Positions 27,045 to 27,188 of a stretch of DNA of 27,188 nucleotides are shown one piece after another. The notes beneath the pieces were generated by a model. The model did no database searches. It saw nothing but the letters and a program-made list of their open reading frames with translations, and had not been told where the DNA came from. Positions within the stretch are counted from its first letter, which is position 1; each line of letters starts with the position of its first letter. This DNA is from Candidatus Caldarchaeum sp. (GTDB lineage: Archaea > Thermoproteota > Nitrososphaeria_A > Caldarchaeales > Caldarchaeaceae): the NCBI GenBank assembly GCA_038831915.1, contig JAWBKB010000019.1, positions 1 through 27,188 of the forward strand. Direction: 5' to 3'. Position numbers and translations under genes: made by a program.

Positions 27045-27188
27045 CAACTAAGCCAAAAACACAACATCAGGCTTTACACCGCAAATCTCAAGCAATCTAC
27101 GTGTGTGACGTAAAATGTCCCTAGCACTAAAATGCGTCTCGACATAGACGGAACCTACCTTTTTTGAAAACCTAAATTTTTTACCATC

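Overview
Archaeal chromosomal window. The gene set (archaeal PGK, tRNA-splicing endonuclease with a Crenarchaea-type loop, RPA, archaellum remnants, TATA promoters) suggests a thermophilic TACK archaeon, perhaps Caldarchaeales/'Aigarchaeota'; this is inference only. Left to right: a decaying, compositionally distinct segment (Zn-ribbon membrane protein, frameshifted cytidine deaminase and nucleoside hydrolase, startless Zn-ribbon ORF) ending at an orphan tRNA 5' half; pgk and a HAD hydrolase; a divergently arranged Liv-type ABC transporter; a degenerate PduO-type adenosyltransferase; a collapsed archaellum locus (archaellin 3' fragment joined back-to-back to an arlJ 3' fragment); an AsnRS-like asparagine synthetase with an FMN glutamate-synthase-like protein; an EVE-like pseudogene; glmS with a divergent HTH regulator; a MocA-like protein; DUF47-endA; a rhodanese plus GcvH-TusA fusion downstream of a fixA-fixB-fixCX electron-transfer cluster; RPA; a dead IS6 element; and tRNA-Asn(GTT) with a non-canonical D-arm intron. 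The best candidates for undescribed biology are the rhodanese/GcvH-TusA/FixABCX cluster and the promoter-flanked orphan tRNA half. All calls come from reading motifs by eye; no searches were run.
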